DNA of 64,000 nucleotides from assembly GCA_041905785.1 (NCBI GenBank), contig JAYRKJ010000005.1, positions 188,319-252,318 on the forward strand. The letters run 5' to 3'. Made by a program: the position numbers and the translations under genes. Of the stretch, positions 47,574-57,274 are shown in pieces (position 1 is the first letter of the stretch; every line of letters begins with the position of its first letter). The stretch comes from Burkholderiaceae bacterium. Lineage in GTDB: Bacteria > Pseudomonadota > Gammaproteobacteria > Burkholderiales > Burkholderiaceae_C. The notes under the pieces are model-generated. The model was not told where the DNA came from. It ran no database searches and saw only the letters and a list, made by a program, of their open reading frames with translations.

Positions 47574-48655
47574 GCGCCAGCCTCCGCCGCGACGTCGCGC
47601 AGGCTCTCCAGCAACTGCCGCCACTCGCAGCGTTCGGCCTGGCCGGGCTTGCGCTCGCCGAAGAACTGGGCGATCAGGGCGTTCTGTTCGTCGAACAGTT
47701 CCAAGGAGCACACCAGCCCGTCCACTGTCGGCTTGCGCACCAGCCATGCCGAGGCGATGTGGTCCTCGCGCAGATGCAAATTGAAGCCCTCGTCGAGCAC
47801 GTTCAGCCACGGGCCCATGACGGCCACCCGGCTCACCGGTCCGCTGTGGATCTGGATCATGCCGGGGTTGCCCACGAAGCACATGATGGGCACCGCTTCC
47901 TGCGCGGCCCGTGACAGCAGTTCCTGGGCGCTGGCACGAGGCAACCGATCGACGAACTCCGGAGCCGCCAGGCGCAAGGCCTGCGTGCGGCTCAGCCCAA
48001 AGCGTTTGAGCAGGCCGAAGAACTCGTGGGTGTCGCGCAGCGAGGCCCAGGCCCTGCGGAATGCGGTCAGATCCACGCTGGCATCCGCTGGCTCGGGCGG
48101 TTCGCGCCAGGCCTCGCCGGGCGTCATGCCGGGTTGCTGCTCGTTGGACGCAAAGGTCAGCACCAGTTGCTCGTAGGCCTCCAAGGCACTGTCGGGGCGC
48201 AGGAACACCTTGTGCAGGGCCTGCCCGGCGGCGTCGAAGAACTGGAGGCTGCGCTGCACAGCGCCGTCGGCCAGACGCTCGGAGACGGCAAAGCCGTGAG
48301 CCCACTGCGCATAGAAAGCCCGCAAATCGATCGCGCCGCCCAGCACCAGGCCCACAGGCCCCTGGTGACTGGCCCTCGCGTAGACGCCGACCTTCTCATG
48401 GACGCAGCTCTCATTGCGGGTCAGCGCCATCAAGGGGCCCAAGGGCTCGAGGGACTCGATGAGGGTGCTCCAGTCCTCCCTCAGCCGCCTGGCCTGCAGG
48501 GGAGACTCCTGGCTGGCGAAAGCGCCGCAGTGCGCGGCGATCAACTCAGCCTCGCTGATCTGCAACTGCCTGGCGATGTCCCGATGGCGCTCGGGGCGTG
48601 CTTGCTGACGCGCCGCGGCGAAGGCCTGGCGCAGCTGCTGGTGGCTCGCTTGCAT
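47567..48655 (-). CDS. hmuS: heme trafficking/degrading protein (HemS/ChuS family)
   Basis: ALTRNESCVHEK, RSLQFFD..G.A.HKV, FVGN.G.IQIH, FNLHLRED. Confidence 0.93.
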   Translation of the reverse strand: MQASHQQLRQAFAAARQQARPERHRDIARQLQISEAELIAAHCGAFASQESPLQARRLREDWSTLIESLEPLGPLMALTRNESCVHEKVGVYARASHQGPVGLVLGGAIDLRAFYAQWAHGFAVSERLADGAVQRSLQFFDAAGQALHKVFLRPDSALEAYEQLVLTFASNEQQPGMTPGEAWREPPEPADASVDLTAFRRAWASLRDTHEFFGLLKRFGLSRTQALRLAAPEFVDRLPRASAQELLSRAAQEAVPIMCFVGNPGMIQIHSGPVSRVAVMGPWLNVLDEGFNLHLREDHIASAWLVRKPTVDGLVCSLELFDEQNALIAQFFGERKPGQAERCEWRQLLESLRDVAAEAGAC

Positions 48656-48674
48656 GATGGGTTCGCTCCTGGGG

Positions 48675-50852
48675 TCAGTAGTCGGCGCGCAGGGAGACCT
48701 GCAGTTGGCGCCCCGGCGCCGTGAAGGCGTCCAGGGTCGGGCTGCTGGCGGCGATGCCGCGCACATCGCTCCAGCGCCAGTACTTCTTGTTGCCGACGTT
48801 GCTGAGGAATGCCGCTGCGCGAAGCGTCGTACTCAGGCGGCAGCTCAGGCCGAGGTCGAGCACGTCGTGGCTAGGTGGCAAGAAATTCGCGGCACTGCTG
48901 CTGCGGCCGGCCTTCTTGGCCGCCACATGCTGCCAGGCGGCCTGCAGCTCCCAGTCGCCCCGAGTCCAACGCAGCGCGGTGCTCAAGCGCGTCGGCTGCA
49001 CCGTGTCCAACGGCGTGTCCACGCCGGCCCGCGTGCTGTCGCCGCGCGTATCCGCCAGGGCGGCGCTGAGCGACAAGCCATTCGTCGGCTGCCAGATCAG
49101 CCGCGCATCAAAGCCGCGGATGCGCGCCTGCGTCAGGTTGATGTACTGGAACACCAGCGGGTCTGCCGGCGTGCCGCTGCCCTTGACCACCTCCTGGCTG
49201 ATGAAGTCTCGGTAGCGATTGCGGTAGACGCTGAGCTGCCAGCGCAGCTGCTCGTGAAGCGTCCCGCGCAGCCCGATTTCCACGCTGTTGGCATGCTCCG
49301 GTCTGAGCTCCGCATTCCCGATGCTGCGGTAGCCCTGCGCTGGATTCGCGAAGCCGTTGTTGACCTGGTCGGGCCTTGGTGCCCGAAAGCCCTGCGACCA
49401 CTGCAGGTAGGGCTGGAATGCCGCATGCAAGCGCCAGATCAGCCCCAGCCGCGGCGTCACCGCACGGTCAGACAGCGACACCACGGGGCCCGCGGTAAAG
49501 CCCTCCGGCGAGGGCTTGAGGGCGTAGTGCTCCAGACGCAGGCCGGGGATCAGGCTGAAGTCCGCGAGCTCGATTTCGTCCTGCACAAAGGCGCCCGCGA
49601 GTCGGTAGCGGGTGTCCGGGAAGGGCTTGTTCGGGAAACTCTCGCCGGGCGGCGGCACGGTGCCGTCTCGCAGCGCGGTGATTTTGTTGCTGCTCATCTC
49701 CAGCCCATAGCTCAGGCGCTGCCCCGGCAGTTGCGTCTGCGCCAGCGCGGCAAAGCCCAGCAGCTGTTCCCTGTAGAAGCCATCGCGGGTGCGGTCCGCC
49801 GCGCTGTAGCGGTCTTCTGTGGAGAGCTGGCGGGTCTTGGACGCCTGCACATAGACCTGGGTGCTCAGCGTCTGCAGCCAAGGCGCGTTCAGGTCTTCGT
49901 AGCGGTGCTCGATGGACAGACGCGCGCGGTCCAGCTCGTCCTGGGCTTGCAGGCCGATGACGGCGGTGGGCGTGGTCTTGTCGACCACCGCAGCGTTGGC
50001 ACTCAGGACCTGTGTGTCGGTGACACGGTGGCGCGCCTCCAGCGTGATTTGCAGCTGCTGCTGTTCATTGATTTTCCGGCCCAGCTTGCCCAGCACGCTG
50101 TGCGAGCGGATGTCTGCAGGATTGGCTGCCGTGCGGCCGACGTTGGCCGCCTCATTGCGCCCCATGTTCTTGAGCTCATGGCCCCGGCGCGCCACGCCAG
50201 CCAGCAGGCCCTGCCAGGGTCCGGACGCCGCAGCCACGCCCGCACTGAGCTTGATGGATCGATCGACCGAGGAGACCGACGCCGCAGCAAAACCGCCCAG
50301 CGAACTGCCTTGCAGCAGCAGGTCTTCGGGCGCCAGTGTGCGCAGGACCAGCGCCCCTCCCAGGCCATCGCTGCCGAACTGCGCGGAAGCCGGGCCGCGC
50401 AGGATTTCCGCACCGGCCAGGAGATCCATGTCGATGTAGTCGGCACGCCCGCTGGCAAACGCGCCAAAGCTGAAGCTCTGCGGCAGACGGATGCCGTCCA
50501 GGCTCATCAACACCTGGTTGCCCTCCAGGCCGCGGATATTGATGCCCTCGTTGCCCGCTCGGCCCGTTGACGCGCCTGCAGCAGTAAAGCGCGAGGCGCT
50601 CGCGCGCACGGCAACGTCGACTTCCTGGTCCAGCAGGTCCTTCAGGTCGCGAGCATCACGCTGCTGCAGGCGCTTGCGCTCATAGACGGTGACCGTATTG
50701 GGCACGGCCTCCGTGCTGCGCTCAGTGCGCGTGGCGCTGACGGTGAGTTCACCGAGCCGGCTCGGTTCGGCCGGTGTCGCCAGCGATGAGGCCGGCGCGA
50801 GAAGGAATGGGAGCGCGGAAAGCGCCAGCGCGACCGGGGTCTTGCGCAGCAT
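48675..50852 (-). CDS. hmuR: TonB-dependent heme/hemoglobin receptor
   Basis: TVSATR TonB box, NIRGLEGNQV, GFRAP and NAELRPE (FRAP/NPNL-type) motifs. Confidence 0.92.
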   Translation of the reverse strand: MLRKTPVALALSALPFLLAPASSLATPAEPSRLGELTVSATRTERSTEAVPNTVTVYERKRLQQRDARDLKDLLDQEVDVAVRASASRFTAAGASTGRAGNEGINIRGLEGNQVLMSLDGIRLPQSFSFGAFASGRADYIDMDLLAGAEILRGPASAQFGSDGLGGALVLRTLAPEDLLLQGSSLGGFAAASVSSVDRSIKLSAGVAAASGPWQGLLAGVARRGHELKNMGRNEAANVGRTAANPADIRSHSVLGKLGRKINEQQQLQITLEARHRVTDTQVLSANAAVVDKTTPTAVIGLQAQDELDRARLSIEHRYEDLNAPWLQTLSTQVYVQASKTRQLSTEDRYSAADRTRDGFYREQLLGFAALAQTQLPGQRLSYGLEMSSNKITALRDGTVPPPGESFPNKPFPDTRYRLAGAFVQDEIELADFSLIPGLRLEHYALKPSPEGFTAGPVVSLSDRAVTPRLGLIWRLHAAFQPYLQWSQGFRAPRPDQVNNGFANPAQGYRSIGNAELRPEHANSVEIGLRGTLHEQLRWQLSVYRNRYRDFISQEVVKGSGTPADPLVFQYINLTQARIRGFDARLIWQPTNGLSLSAALADTRGDSTRAGVDTPLDTVQPTRLSTALRWTRGDWELQAAWQHVAAKKAGRSSSAANFLPPSHDVLDLGLSCRLSTTLRAAAFLSNVGNKKYWRWSDVRGIAASSPTLDAFTAPGRQLQVSLRADY

Positions 50853-50938
50853 GTGCGTGTCCTTGAAGAAACGGCACGGGCTGGCAGGGGCTGGCTGGCT
50901 GGTGCAGATGCAGAAAGAGGGTGAATCTGCATTGTAAA

Positions 50939-50953
50939 TGCAAATGATTTGCA
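50939..50953. promoter_or_regulatory. Fur-like box upstream of hmuR
   Basis: Perfect 7-1-7 inverted repeat TGCAAAT-G-ATTTGCA, 86 nt upstream of hmuR ATG. Confidence 0.75.
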
Positions 50954-51008
50954 ACTGCAATGCGAACCCAGGGACGGTCGCAGCCAGGGCCGGGCATTGG
51001 CAAGGTGT

Positions 51009-52412
51009 TCAGGCTTCGCCGGTCAGTTGGGACGGATCCAGCAGCACTTCGAGGGTGGCGCGCGGAATGTCGGTCTGTTCCGCGGCGACGTCGAGCACGG
51101 AGCGGCCCTCGCTGTAGGCCTTCTTGGCAATCTCTGCCGCGCGCGCATAGCCGATCAGCGGATTGAGCGCCGTCACGAGCACGGGATTGCGCGCCAGCAT
51201 TTCCTGCAGCCGCGGCTCGTTCACCCTGAAGCTGGCAATCGCCTTGTCCGCCAGCAGCGGCAGCACCCGGGCCAACAGCTCGATGCTCGCCAGCAGATTG
51301 CGAGCCACCAGCGGCAGCATCACGTTGAGCTCGAAGTTCCCGGACTGCCCAGCCACCGTGATGGCGACATCGTTGCCCATGACTTGCGCGGCCACCATCG
51401 CCGCGGCCTCGGGGATCACGGGATTGACCTTGCCGGGCATGATCGAGGAACCGGGCTGCAGCGCTTCGAGTTCGATCTCGGCCAGGCCGGTGAGGGGACC
51501 GGAGTTCATCCAGCGCAGGTCATTGGCCACCTTCGTCAGGACTACGGCCAGGACCTTCAAGGCTCCCGAGGCGGCCACCGCGACGTCCTGCCCCCCCATC
51601 AGTGCAAAGCGATTCGCCCCGGGCATGAATTCGAGGCCGGACAGCGTGGAAAGCACCCGGCAGCATTCACCGGCAAAGCGCGGGTCGGCGTTGACGCCCG
51701 TCCCCACCGCCGTGCCACCGAGGGCCAGGCGCTGCAGCGCAGGCTGCACTGCTTCCAGATGCGCACGGGCACCCAGCATTTGCGCCGCCCAGCCTTCCAG
51801 CACCTGGCTGAGGCGTACCGGCAGCGCGTCCATCAGATGGGTGCGTCCGGTCTTGACATGGTGATGCACGGTGGCCGCCTTGGCATGCAACACCTGGACC
51901 AGGTGGTCCAGCGCCGGCAGCAGTCGCCCATGGATCGCGAGGGCTGCGGCCACATGGATCGCGCTGGGAACGACATCGTTGCTGCTCTGTCCGGCGTTCA
52001 CATGGTCGTTGGGGTGGAGGGTGCGCCCCAGCTTGCGGGAGGCCAGCGATGCGATCACCTCATTGGCGTTCATATGGCTGCTGGTCCCTGAGCCGGTCTG
52101 GAAGACGTCGACGGGGAAGTGCAGCATCAGCTGCGCATCCTCCCTGCCCACCAGCTCCTGGCAGGCGTCGGCGATGGCGCGAGCCTCCGTGTCAGCAATG
52201 ACGCCCAGCGCGCCGTTGGTGTGGGCCGCTGCAGCCTTGATCAGCAGGAGCGCGCGGATGAAGGACGGCGGCATCGTCTCCCCGCTAACCGGAAAGTTGA
52301 GCACCGCCCGCTGCGTCTGAGCGCCGTACAGCGCTTCGGCTGGCACGAGCAGGGGGCCCATGGAGTCGCGCTCCTCGCGCTGGGCCGGCATGGGGGGCGT
52401 GCGGGCTGTCAT
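51009..52412 (-). CDS. fumC: class II (iron-independent) fumarate hydratase
   Basis: LYGAQTQRA, VFQTGSGTSS.MNANEV, GRTHLMDA, GSSIMPGKVNP. Confidence 0.88.
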   Translation of the reverse strand: MTARTPPMPAQREERDSMGPLLVPAEALYGAQTQRAVLNFPVSGETMPPSFIRALLLIKAAAAHTNGALGVIADTEARAIADACQELVGREDAQLMLHFPVDVFQTGSGTSSHMNANEVIASLASRKLGRTLHPNDHVNAGQSSNDVVPSAIHVAAALAIHGRLLPALDHLVQVLHAKAATVHHHVKTGRTHLMDALPVRLSQVLEGWAAQMLGARAHLEAVQPALQRLALGGTAVGTGVNADPRFAGECCRVLSTLSGLEFMPGANRFALMGGQDVAVAASGALKVLAVVLTKVANDLRWMNSGPLTGLAEIELEALQPGSSIMPGKVNPVIPEAAAMVAAQVMGNDVAITVAGQSGNFELNVMLPLVARNLLASIELLARVLPLLADKAIASFRVNEPRLQEMLARNPVLVTALNPLIGYARAAEIAKKAYSEGRSVLDVAAEQTDIPRATLEVLLDPSQLTGEA

Positions 52413-52545
52413 GGCTGTCCGGCTCCATGGTTGAAAGAAAAGGGAAGGACCGCGCGGCGAGGGGATCTGTCTTCACATATACGCGCTTGCGCGCCCGCAG
52501 GCAACTCGGCAGGAGCGGGCAGGGTTCACGGGAGGCCATCGCGGC

Positions 52546-53193
52546 TCATGCGCGGGGCGAGGTACTTGCCAGCAGCGCGCACACCTCCTCGTCGCTGGTT
52601 TGCTCGAAGTGCTCGTACCACAGGCTCACGGCCCTGAAGGGCTCTGGGGTCGACAGGCACAGCACGTCATCGGCAGCACAACGCAGGGCCTCGCAGGCCG
52701 CTGCGGACGCCACAGGCACGGCCACCACGACCCGCTCCGGCGCCAGCCGGCGCACGGCCTGGACGGCTGCGCGCATCGTGCAGCCGGTGGCCAGGCCATC
52801 GTCAACCAGGATCGCCACGCCGCCCTTGAGCTCAGGAAAGGGCCGTTCGCCTCGGTACAAGCGCTCGCGGCGGCGCAGCTCCTCGAGCGCCGTTTGCGTC
52901 ATGGCCTGCACGGCGCCGTCAGAGACTGCCGCGCTGCGCAGCAGTGGCTGGTCCAGCACCCGCAGCCCCGGGCCGGCAAGGGCGCCGACAGCGTACTCGG
53001 GATGGCTGGGCAGGGCCAGCTTGCGCACCACCAGCACGTCCAGCGGCAGCTGCAGCTCGCGCGCAGCCTCATAGGCCACCGGCACGCCGCCGCGCGGCAG
53101 CGCGAGAAGGAAGCTTGCCGGCCGGTTCGCATAGGCGCTCAGCAGGCCTGCCAACTCCCTGCCCGCCTGCCGACGATCCTGGAATCGCGCCAT
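52546..53193 (-). CDS. phosphoribosyltransferase-family protein
   Basis: FQDRRQAGRELA, LALPRGGVPVA, ILVDDGLATG PRPP motif. Confidence 0.88.
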   Translation of the reverse strand: MARFQDRRQAGRELAGLLSAYANRPASFLLALPRGGVPVAYEAARELQLPLDVLVVRKLALPSHPEYAVGALAGPGLRVLDQPLLRSAAVSDGAVQAMTQTALEELRRRERLYRGERPFPELKGGVAILVDDGLATGCTMRAAVQAVRRLAPERVVVAVPVASAAACEALRCAADDVLCLSTPEPFRAVSLWYEHFEQTSDEEVCALLASTSPRA

Positions 53194-53202
53194 GGACGTC
53201 CC

Positions 53203-53361
53203 CTAGTGCCGGGTGCTCTGGGTGCTCCCGGTGCTCGTCTGGGAGTGCATCCCGCCCGGCGTCGAGATGCAGTACATCACCTCCCTGGACATCACTTCCT
53301 CGATCTTGGCGTCCGGCCCTCGGCCCGCCGCCACGGCACGCATCACTTCAGAAACTTGCAT
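53203..53361 (-). pseudogene. internally deleted CBS-domain protein remnant (52 aa; not in supplied ORF track)
   Basis: AAGGAG RBS then MQVSEVM/RAVAAGRGPDAKIEEVMSREVMYC and an unrelated tail. Confidence 0.6.
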
Positions 53362-53889
53362 GGTTCACTCCTTTGTCGGGTCAAGCTGCTTGATCCGCGA
53401 GGAAGTCGGCAAGCCACGTACCGAACACCGCCGTGGGATTGCCATGCGCCAAATTCAGCGACGCCCGCTGCGCGCCGGCCCGGCCTGGCATCCCTGCGCA
53501 CAAGCCGCGCTAGGCTGAGGCAGGAGCGGCAGCCATTGCAGCACTGTTTTCACCATAGCACCGCAGGCGTCGCTTTCCAGTTCGAAGGCCAGAGCACGGA
53601 CGCGGTGCCCACCGCCTGATGCCCAAGCCGTGTCCCGGCAGGTGGCCGGCCCGCTCAGCGGCCATCGGCTGCGATGATCCCAGAAGCCTCATGGCAATGC
53701 CCGTGGCCTGCGACGTTTCGAGGCCGGCTTGTCGTCTGCGCATGCTTGTCGCCGAGAACATGGACATTCCGGATTCGCCAGGGGCCGTTGGATCTATGCT
53801 TTGCGCCATAGCTGCCGCCTGATGCGGTCCGTCCCGGACGACTCGTTCGCCAGGCCACGGACGCACAGAGCGCAGCAAGGGAGCGTTCT

Positions 53890-54570
53890 ATGGACTCATT
53901 GCCCCAGCCTGCCCGCATCGACCGTTGGCAGAAGAGCCGCCAGAAGCTGTTCAAGACCGTACCCGAGGGCGGCAAGGTCATTCAGTACCTGGGCAAAGAG
54001 TTTCTGGTCTACCCGAATACCTTCTGGCCCTTTGCCGACAGCCAGCCGCTGGTGCGCAGCATGCGTGTCAATGCGGGCGAGAGCGTGCTCGACGTGGGCA
54101 CCGGATCCGGGGTCATCGCGATCTTCGCGTGCTACCGCGGCGCCTCCAAGGTGACGGCGGTGGACATCAACCCGGCGGCGATCAAGAGCGCAAGGCACAA
54201 CTCGCGGCTGCACGGCTTCGAAAGAATCATGACGGTGAAGCGATCCAACCTCTTCGACGAGCTCGATGGCGAGCAGTTCGATGTGATCACCGCCAATCTG
54301 CCGTTTCGCAACAAAGCTGCCCACGATGTGGTGGCCCAGTCCCAGTGGGACACCGATTTCCAGACCAACACGCGCTTCTTCCAAGAGGTAGATCGGCATC
54401 TGAAGCCGGGCGGGCGCATCTACTTCGCGCACGCCAATTTCGGAGCCGTTGAAGAGGTGCGAAAGCTGGCCAAGTCGGCCGGATTCACGGTGCGCGCCCT
54501 GGCCCGTTCGCCCATGGCCCAGGCGGGAGGCAAGCAGTTCCTTGCCTTCGTCATGAAGAGGTCTTGCTGA
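53890..54570 (+). CDS. class I SAM-dependent methyltransferase (HemK/PrmC-like)
   Basis: VLDVGTGSG, VDINP, FDVITANLPF (NPPY/F-like). Confidence 0.9.
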   Translation: MDSLPQPARIDRWQKSRQKLFKTVPEGGKVIQYLGKEFLVYPNTFWPFADSQPLVRSMRVNAGESVLDVGTGSGVIAIFACYRGASKVTAVDINPAAIKSARHNSRLHGFERIMTVKRSNLFDELDGEQFDVITANLPFRNKAAHDVVAQSQWDTDFQTNTRFFQEVDRHLKPGGRIYFAHANFGAVEEVRKLAKSAGFTVRALARSPMAQAGGKQFLAFVMKRSC

Positions 54571-54594
54571 TAGTCGCTGTCAGGACGGCGTCCC

Positions 54595-55845
54595 ATGAGC
54601 GAGCTGCTGGCCACCATCAGGCGCTTGCGCAAGGTACAGCGTTCGGACTTGAGGCTGCGCGTGCGACGCGTGGCAGTGATGCTGACCAGCTCGCGCTCCG
54701 GCTCGACCTTGCTCAAGGACGTGCTGAGCCGACATCCGGACATCGCCTCACTGGACGGCGAACTCGAGCCCTTGCTGGTGCTGACCGAGAATGGCTTCCG
54801 CTTCAACTCAAGCAGCGATGCCATTGCCGAGCTTGCCAATCACGAGGAGTTGGGCGACCAGCTGATGGGCGACCTGACCCTGCCCAGTACGCAGCTGCCG
54901 ACCAAGGCGGAACTCAGACAGCGCTGGGAACGCCGCTTGCTCCTGCAGTTTCCGAGCTTGTTTGCCGAGCCGGCGAGCTATCGACGCCTGGGCCGGGCCC
55001 TGGACACGGCGCTGGCGCGGATCGCCGGCTGCACTGCGCACGACGAGGACGCGCTGCAACGCATGATGCTGGACGCGGTCTTCCGCCAGGCGTTTCGCCA
55101 AGAAGCCTGGCGCATGCGCTACTACGACGGGCTCGGCGGTGCGGGCCCAGGGCAGGGCTTTGACGAGCCTTGCAAGATCGAGGAGCCGCCCTTCGTGCTG
55201 CCTCGTTTTTTCCGCCGACCTTTCGCCGAGGAAGATGTGCAGAGCAAGGTGCTGCTGTTCAAGACGCCCTCCGATGCCTATCGCATCGGCATGTACGAAC
55301 AGTTGTTTCCCAATGCCCGGATTCAGTACCTGCACCTGACGCGGGGCTACGCGCAGTCGGTCAACGGGCTGATGGACGGCTGGCTGTCCGCCGTCGGCTT
55401 CTTTGCCCACGACCTGGCGCGCAGTGGCGTGCAGCTGGCGATTGCGGGCTACTCGGACGCCTGCGCCTTTGGCAGGCGATGGTGGAAGTTCGACCTGCCG
55501 CCCAACTGGCACGACTTCACGCGCGCCAGCCTGGAGGAGGTGTGCCTGAATCAATGGCTGTCCGCGCACCGGGAAATCCTCGCCAGCGGCGTGAGTGCCC
55601 TGCGCATCGCCTTCGAACAATTCCTGGCGCAGCCGGCGCGCGTGATGGATGCCATCACGGATCACCTGGACCTGCCGCCGTTGCCCGTCCCCGCCAAGCT
55701 GCCGGTCAAGATGGCCACCGAAGCGCCTTCCGAAGGACGCTGGCGCAAGCGTGAGGGGCAATTGCTGGCGCTGGCCCGCCGCGAAGAGGTTCGAGGCATG
55801 ATGGAGAACCTGGGCTATCGCATGCAGGCGGAGGATTGGCGATGA
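54595..55845 (+). CDS. sulfotransferase-family protein
   Basis: SSRSGSTLL (5'-PSB), LHLTRGYAQSVNG (3'-PB R..S), LLFKTP. Confidence 0.78.
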   Translation: MSELLATIRRLRKVQRSDLRLRVRRVAVMLTSSRSGSTLLKDVLSRHPDIASLDGELEPLLVLTENGFRFNSSSDAIAELANHEELGDQLMGDLTLPSTQLPTKAELRQRWERRLLLQFPSLFAEPASYRRLGRALDTALARIAGCTAHDEDALQRMMLDAVFRQAFRQEAWRMRYYDGLGGAGPGQGFDEPCKIEEPPFVLPRFFRRPFAEEDVQSKVLLFKTPSDAYRIGMYEQLFPNARIQYLHLTRGYAQSVNGLMDGWLSAVGFFAHDLARSGVQLAIAGYSDACAFGRRWWKFDLPPNWHDFTRASLEEVCLNQWLSAHREILASGVSALRIAFEQFLAQPARVMDAITDHLDLPPLPVPAKLPVKMATEAPSEGRWRKREGQLLALARREEVRGMMENLGYRMQAEDWR

Positions 55846-56660
55846 ACCGTCGATTGGTGGTCCCCTTCCTGATGGGGCAGCGACGCGAGGGTCTGGCCCG
55901 AGTCAGCGAGCTGGACGATCAGCGCTGGGAAGTGCTCGCTGTCCCCGGCTGCGAGGCCGCGCGGATCGACGACACGAATGAGAAGATCAGCTGCATGGCC
56001 GCGATCTACGCCAAGCTGGCTTGCCGGGTCAAGGCTGCCATCGAGCGCGACGAAGTGCCCATCTGCATTGCCGGCGACTGTGTGTCGACACTGGGCATGC
56101 TCGGCGGCCTGCAGCAGGCGGGCAAGGCGCCGGAGCGCATTCTCTGGCTCGATGCCCATGGCGATTTCCACACCTGGGCCACGACCCAGACCAAGTACGT
56201 AGGCGGCATGCCGCTGGCCATGCTGGTGGGGCGGCCGGATCGGCGCCGCGGTGGCCGGGACGCGAGCGAGGCGATGCGCTGCACGATAGGCGTGAGCCCC
56301 TATCCCGAGCCCCAGATCGTGCTCAGCGATGCACGGGACCTCGACCCGGGGGAGAAGGAGGCCCTCAGCGAATCCGGCATCGTCTGTTGCCCGTTTGACG
56401 AGATATTGCAGCACCTCCGGCCCAGCGAACGGCTGTACATCCATTTCGACACCGACGTGCTGGACGCGGAATCCGAGATGCCAGCGCTCAAGTACCACGT
56501 CAAGGCCGGGCCACGGGTGGCCGATGTGGCCGAGCTGTTCCGGCAGCTGCGCGACCACAACATCGTGTCGGTCTCGGTGTCGGCCTGGCATGAAGAGCTG
56601 GACGAAGGCAACCGTGCCGCGATGACCTGCCTGAGGCTGCTGAATCAATTGATCAACTAG
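55842..56660 (+). CDS. arginase/ureohydrolase-family protein (GDC variant)
   Basis: AGDC, WLDAHGDF, IHFDTDVLD metal motifs; ATGA overlap with sulfotransferase. Confidence 0.85.
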   Translation: MNRRLVVPFLMGQRREGLARVSELDDQRWEVLAVPGCEAARIDDTNEKISCMAAIYAKLACRVKAAIERDEVPICIAGDCVSTLGMLGGLQQAGKAPERILWLDAHGDFHTWATTQTKYVGGMPLAMLVGRPDRRRGGRDASEAMRCTIGVSPYPEPQIVLSDARDLDPGEKEALSESGIVCCPFDEILQHLRPSERLYIHFDTDVLDAESEMPALKYHVKAGPRVADVAELFRQLRDHNIVSVSVSAWHEELDEGNRAAMTCLRLLNQLIN

Positions 56661-56898
56661 CCCCGGATCGTGGCGGTGCAGGCTCCAAACCAGCAGACCT
56701 GAGTCGGCAGACCTCGGTGGGGACTTCGAGACATCGGTGTGTCCCCCGCCCCCGTCGTCAGGCATCAGCCCGGGTCACTGCGGCCCTCCCTGCCGGTTCA
56801 TTTGCCTTGGATCAGCTCTTTGCAGGACTTCACTTGCGGATGCTGCACTGCAACATCAACATGACAGGACAGTGTCGAAGCACGTGGAGGCGCAAGTC

Positions 56899-57123
56899 AT
56901 GGGCACCATTTCCAAAGAACTTTTTCTTGAGTCCCGCATCGGCGAGCTGGTCGAACTACCTCGCTGCGGCACCGCCCTTGAGCTGCCCTGGGTCTACGAC
57001 AGGGTGGCCGAAGACATCTGCGCCATGGCGAGTTCCGGCAAGGTGGAGGTGATTGCGCGCCAGGTGCAGCAAGTTCAGGGCGAGCCCTTGATCACGCATC
57101 TGGCATTTCGTCGACTGCTCTGA
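56899..57123 (+). CDS. hypothetical protein, 74 aa
   Basis: GGAGG RBS before ATG; protein-like composition. Confidence 0.6.
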   Translation: MGTISKELFLESRIGELVELPRCGTALELPWVYDRVAEDICAMASSGKVEVIARQVQQVQGEPLITHLAFRRLL

Positions 57124-57274
57124 CGGCTGCAGCGGCGATCGCGGTCGGCAGCTGACGTTCGCGCCGACCCGCGAGCTTGACGCCCTCGTCGGTGCGTGCG
57201 GCCTGGCTGCGTCATTCCCGCTTCACGCCAGGATGGTCTGATGGAGGGCTGACCTTCAACTCAGCATCCACGAA

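Noticed and set aside
53362-53889. Short ORFs in the spacer upstream of the methyltransferase as a RiPP precursor
   Set aside because: No convincing RBS, coding bias or leader/core pattern
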